33,478 nucleotides of DNA from Octopus bimaculoides (Eukaryota), in NCBI RefSeq assembly GCF_001194135.2, contig NC_068996.1, positions 44,580,250 through 44,613,727 on the forward strand, written 5' to 3'. Below, piece after piece: positions 31,414 through 33,478 of this stretch (position 1 is the first letter of the stretch; each line of letters opens with the position of its first letter). The position numbers and the translations under genes were made by a program. The notes below the pieces were generated by a model. That model was not told the origin of the DNA, did not search any database, and worked only from the letters and a program-made list of their open reading frames with translations.

Positions 31414-33037
31414 ATGATTGTGAAAAGAAGGAAAACTGTAAAACCAGACTAGCAAGATCGCCATCGATAACTCAACTGTTTCTCCTGTATCTGATGAGAA
31501 ATGTTACAGGTATTTAGGGGTGGATGAAAACATATCTTACAATGGCACCTGTAACAAAACACATGTCAGTAATGAAAATTACAAGTGAATAAAGAAAATT
31601 CGCAACTCAGAACTCTGCATTAAATAAAACATTAGCCCACAATGTATTTGCAGTGCCAATACTCATTCCAACATTTGGGCTGCTTGACTGAACGCTTGAT
31701 GAGATCCGAGCTATTTATGTAAAAACCCGGAAGTTACAAACCAGCACACATAATTTCCACGTCAGCAGTGACGTAGACCACATCTGCCTAGAACGGAATC
31801 GAAGCCGCAGAAGCTTAACATCGATCCTAAATCATATCCCTTCGGCAACATCGTTTAACCACGAAGTGTCGAAGTGCACTCCTTGACCAAGTTTGCATAC
31901 ATGAGACTTATAAAATCATAAGACTTGGAAGCAACTCCCTGAGCAGTATTTTTTGTCTGATAACCTTAAATACATGCCTAAAGAAATCTCACAACTCTAC
32001 CGCAATGTATCGTCAGATGAAAGGATGAGTGCCTATCAGCAGAAGACCATGCATGAATATGATAGTAGAAAACTCCGGGATGATAGTAACATCGATCATC
32101 AAAGCAGTTTGTCGTGAACCAACAACCGGATTACTACTTCCCACTTTGAAGGGTATGCATTTGCAATCCAGAAACAGGAAATATCAACCAAATACCTGAT
32201 GCACTAAAGGGACACAGATGCAGGAAAAGAAGCAAAATGCGACAACCGATGTAGACTTTTGGATTTAACACCGAAGATATCACCACCCCACCCATCAGTT
32301 GTCCGAAAACGTCATCACGGTATTATCTACCGATTAGACGTGATGTTGTATCTAGGATGCTCTATATATGTCGGATGGATAACCCCGAGGACAAAGAAAT
32401 AAGAAGCCACAATATGGTAGAAGCCGTAACCACTCATAATGAAAAGGAGTACTGGTTGAATGTCCCGGTGAAAACTTCAACACTATCGACCTGATATAAT
32501 GATTTGAAATAGAGAAGAGAAACTGTGCACAGTTGTGGAAATTAGCCACCCAGCGGATATTAGCATAAAGCTGAAGATCAGTGAAACAGAAAATACCTAC
32601 GCTGAACTATTGAGAAATCTGCAGTTACTCTACTCAGATTAGAAATTCAGGTTTATACCTGTAATTATTGGGACCCTTGGATATGTAACACACTGCCTAA
32701 ATACCAATCTTGAGCAATTAGACTTCTCAAATGTAGAAAGGAGAAACATGATTCGAGGGCTACAGATGCAGTTCATCACAGGAACTGTAAAAATCTGTAA
32801 AATTTTCCAGAAGTTTATCATTGAAGTATATATAAGCATGTCTAGACATATAACTATATGTGTTAGAATGCAAATATAAAGTAAAGCATAAAAACTGCAC
32901 ATGTAACATACATCATATATACATACAAAAGTACCCTGTTTTTGTTGCTGAAATTCTAATGAAGGAGCCTTGGATCTAGGTTAGAAACTGGTTCACTTTC
33001 TGTTGGCAAGAAATCTTGAAATTAAACTGAATAATGA
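31414..33037 (+). mobile_element. 5'-truncated R4/Dong-like RLE retrotransposon, family A copy 2
   Basis: RT C-terminus CYRYLGVDEN (31502-31531), AHNVFAVPILIPTFGLLD, VKTRK, then knuckle, endonuclease, IPVIIGTLG and a 3' UTR matching 4696-5653. (CATA)n on both flanks; multiple stops and frameshifts. Confidence 0.92.
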
Positions 33038-33444
33038 TATACATAATACATACATACATACATACATACATACACATACAATTAATTCAGCTGTGTTTGC
33101 ATAATCAATGATAGCTGAAATTGATATAAATTATACACAAGTTAATCATTTAGAAATCGTTTTAGGGAGAAATATAAATTTACCTGAACTAAAGAACATC
33201 GAATTTCCAGATTGATGCTCAGAAATGCAATCTTCAAATTAGTGATCACTTAATAAAAATACGAAAATATAAGAGTGGAACGCAGGAAGAACATAAACGG
33301 AAAGTATTCCAAGACAGGAGCATTAAATTGATCGTGTTTATACGAGAAGAAAAGACGCATAATGAGATTTAAAGTGGATATATTATAAACATGCACACAC
33401 GTTTCTATATGTGGTAACATAAATATGTGCGTATGTGCGTGCGC

Positions 33445-33478
<34 letters not shown>

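Noticed and set aside
11820-32902. Minus-strand ORFs over LINE copies (e.g. 11820, 19797, 24933, 25220, 32639) and over the mariner (8405)
   Set aside because: Antisense shadows of transposon coding sequence.
1-33478. CRISPR arrays, rRNA, true tRNA genes, telomeric arrays, LTR retrotransposons and prokaryotic systems
   Set aside because: No repeat-spacer periodicity, rRNA-like sequence, TTAGGG tracts or gag/integrase motifs. The A/B boxes belong to SINE heads without cloverleaf 3' ends.

Overview
AT-rich, microsatellite-dense eukaryotic genomic DNA with six N-gaps. The SINE and LINE repertoire looks like octopus (inference from recalled repeat families, not a database hit). There is no intact ORF, rRNA, tRNA or CRISPR array, and most ORFs in the supplied track are microsatellite or antisense artefacts. 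Supported content, all decayed: (1) seven fragments of four R4/Dong-like non-LTR retrotransposon families (CCHC knuckle plus PD-(D/E)xK endonuclease) and two copies of an AAT-tailed non-coding element, all on + and all in or beside microsatellites; (2) an internally deleted RTE-clade LINE on - with a pseudoknot-like 5' end, plus an inverted copy of part of its APE domain; (3) an internally deleted L1/Tx1-clade LINE on -; (4) a Penelope-like GIY-YIG fragment and pLTR-like repeats with hammerhead-like motifs; (5) a deleted mariner and a DD37D/maT-type transposase relic; (6) about a dozen tRNA-SINE copies from three families. The best non-TE lead is a chain of short candidate exons with canonical splice sites on -, mostly missed by the ORF track. 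Their translations weakly and colinearly resemble a class C GPCR Venus-flytrap domain, and some carry stops. Element boundaries were placed by eye (about +/-20 bp).
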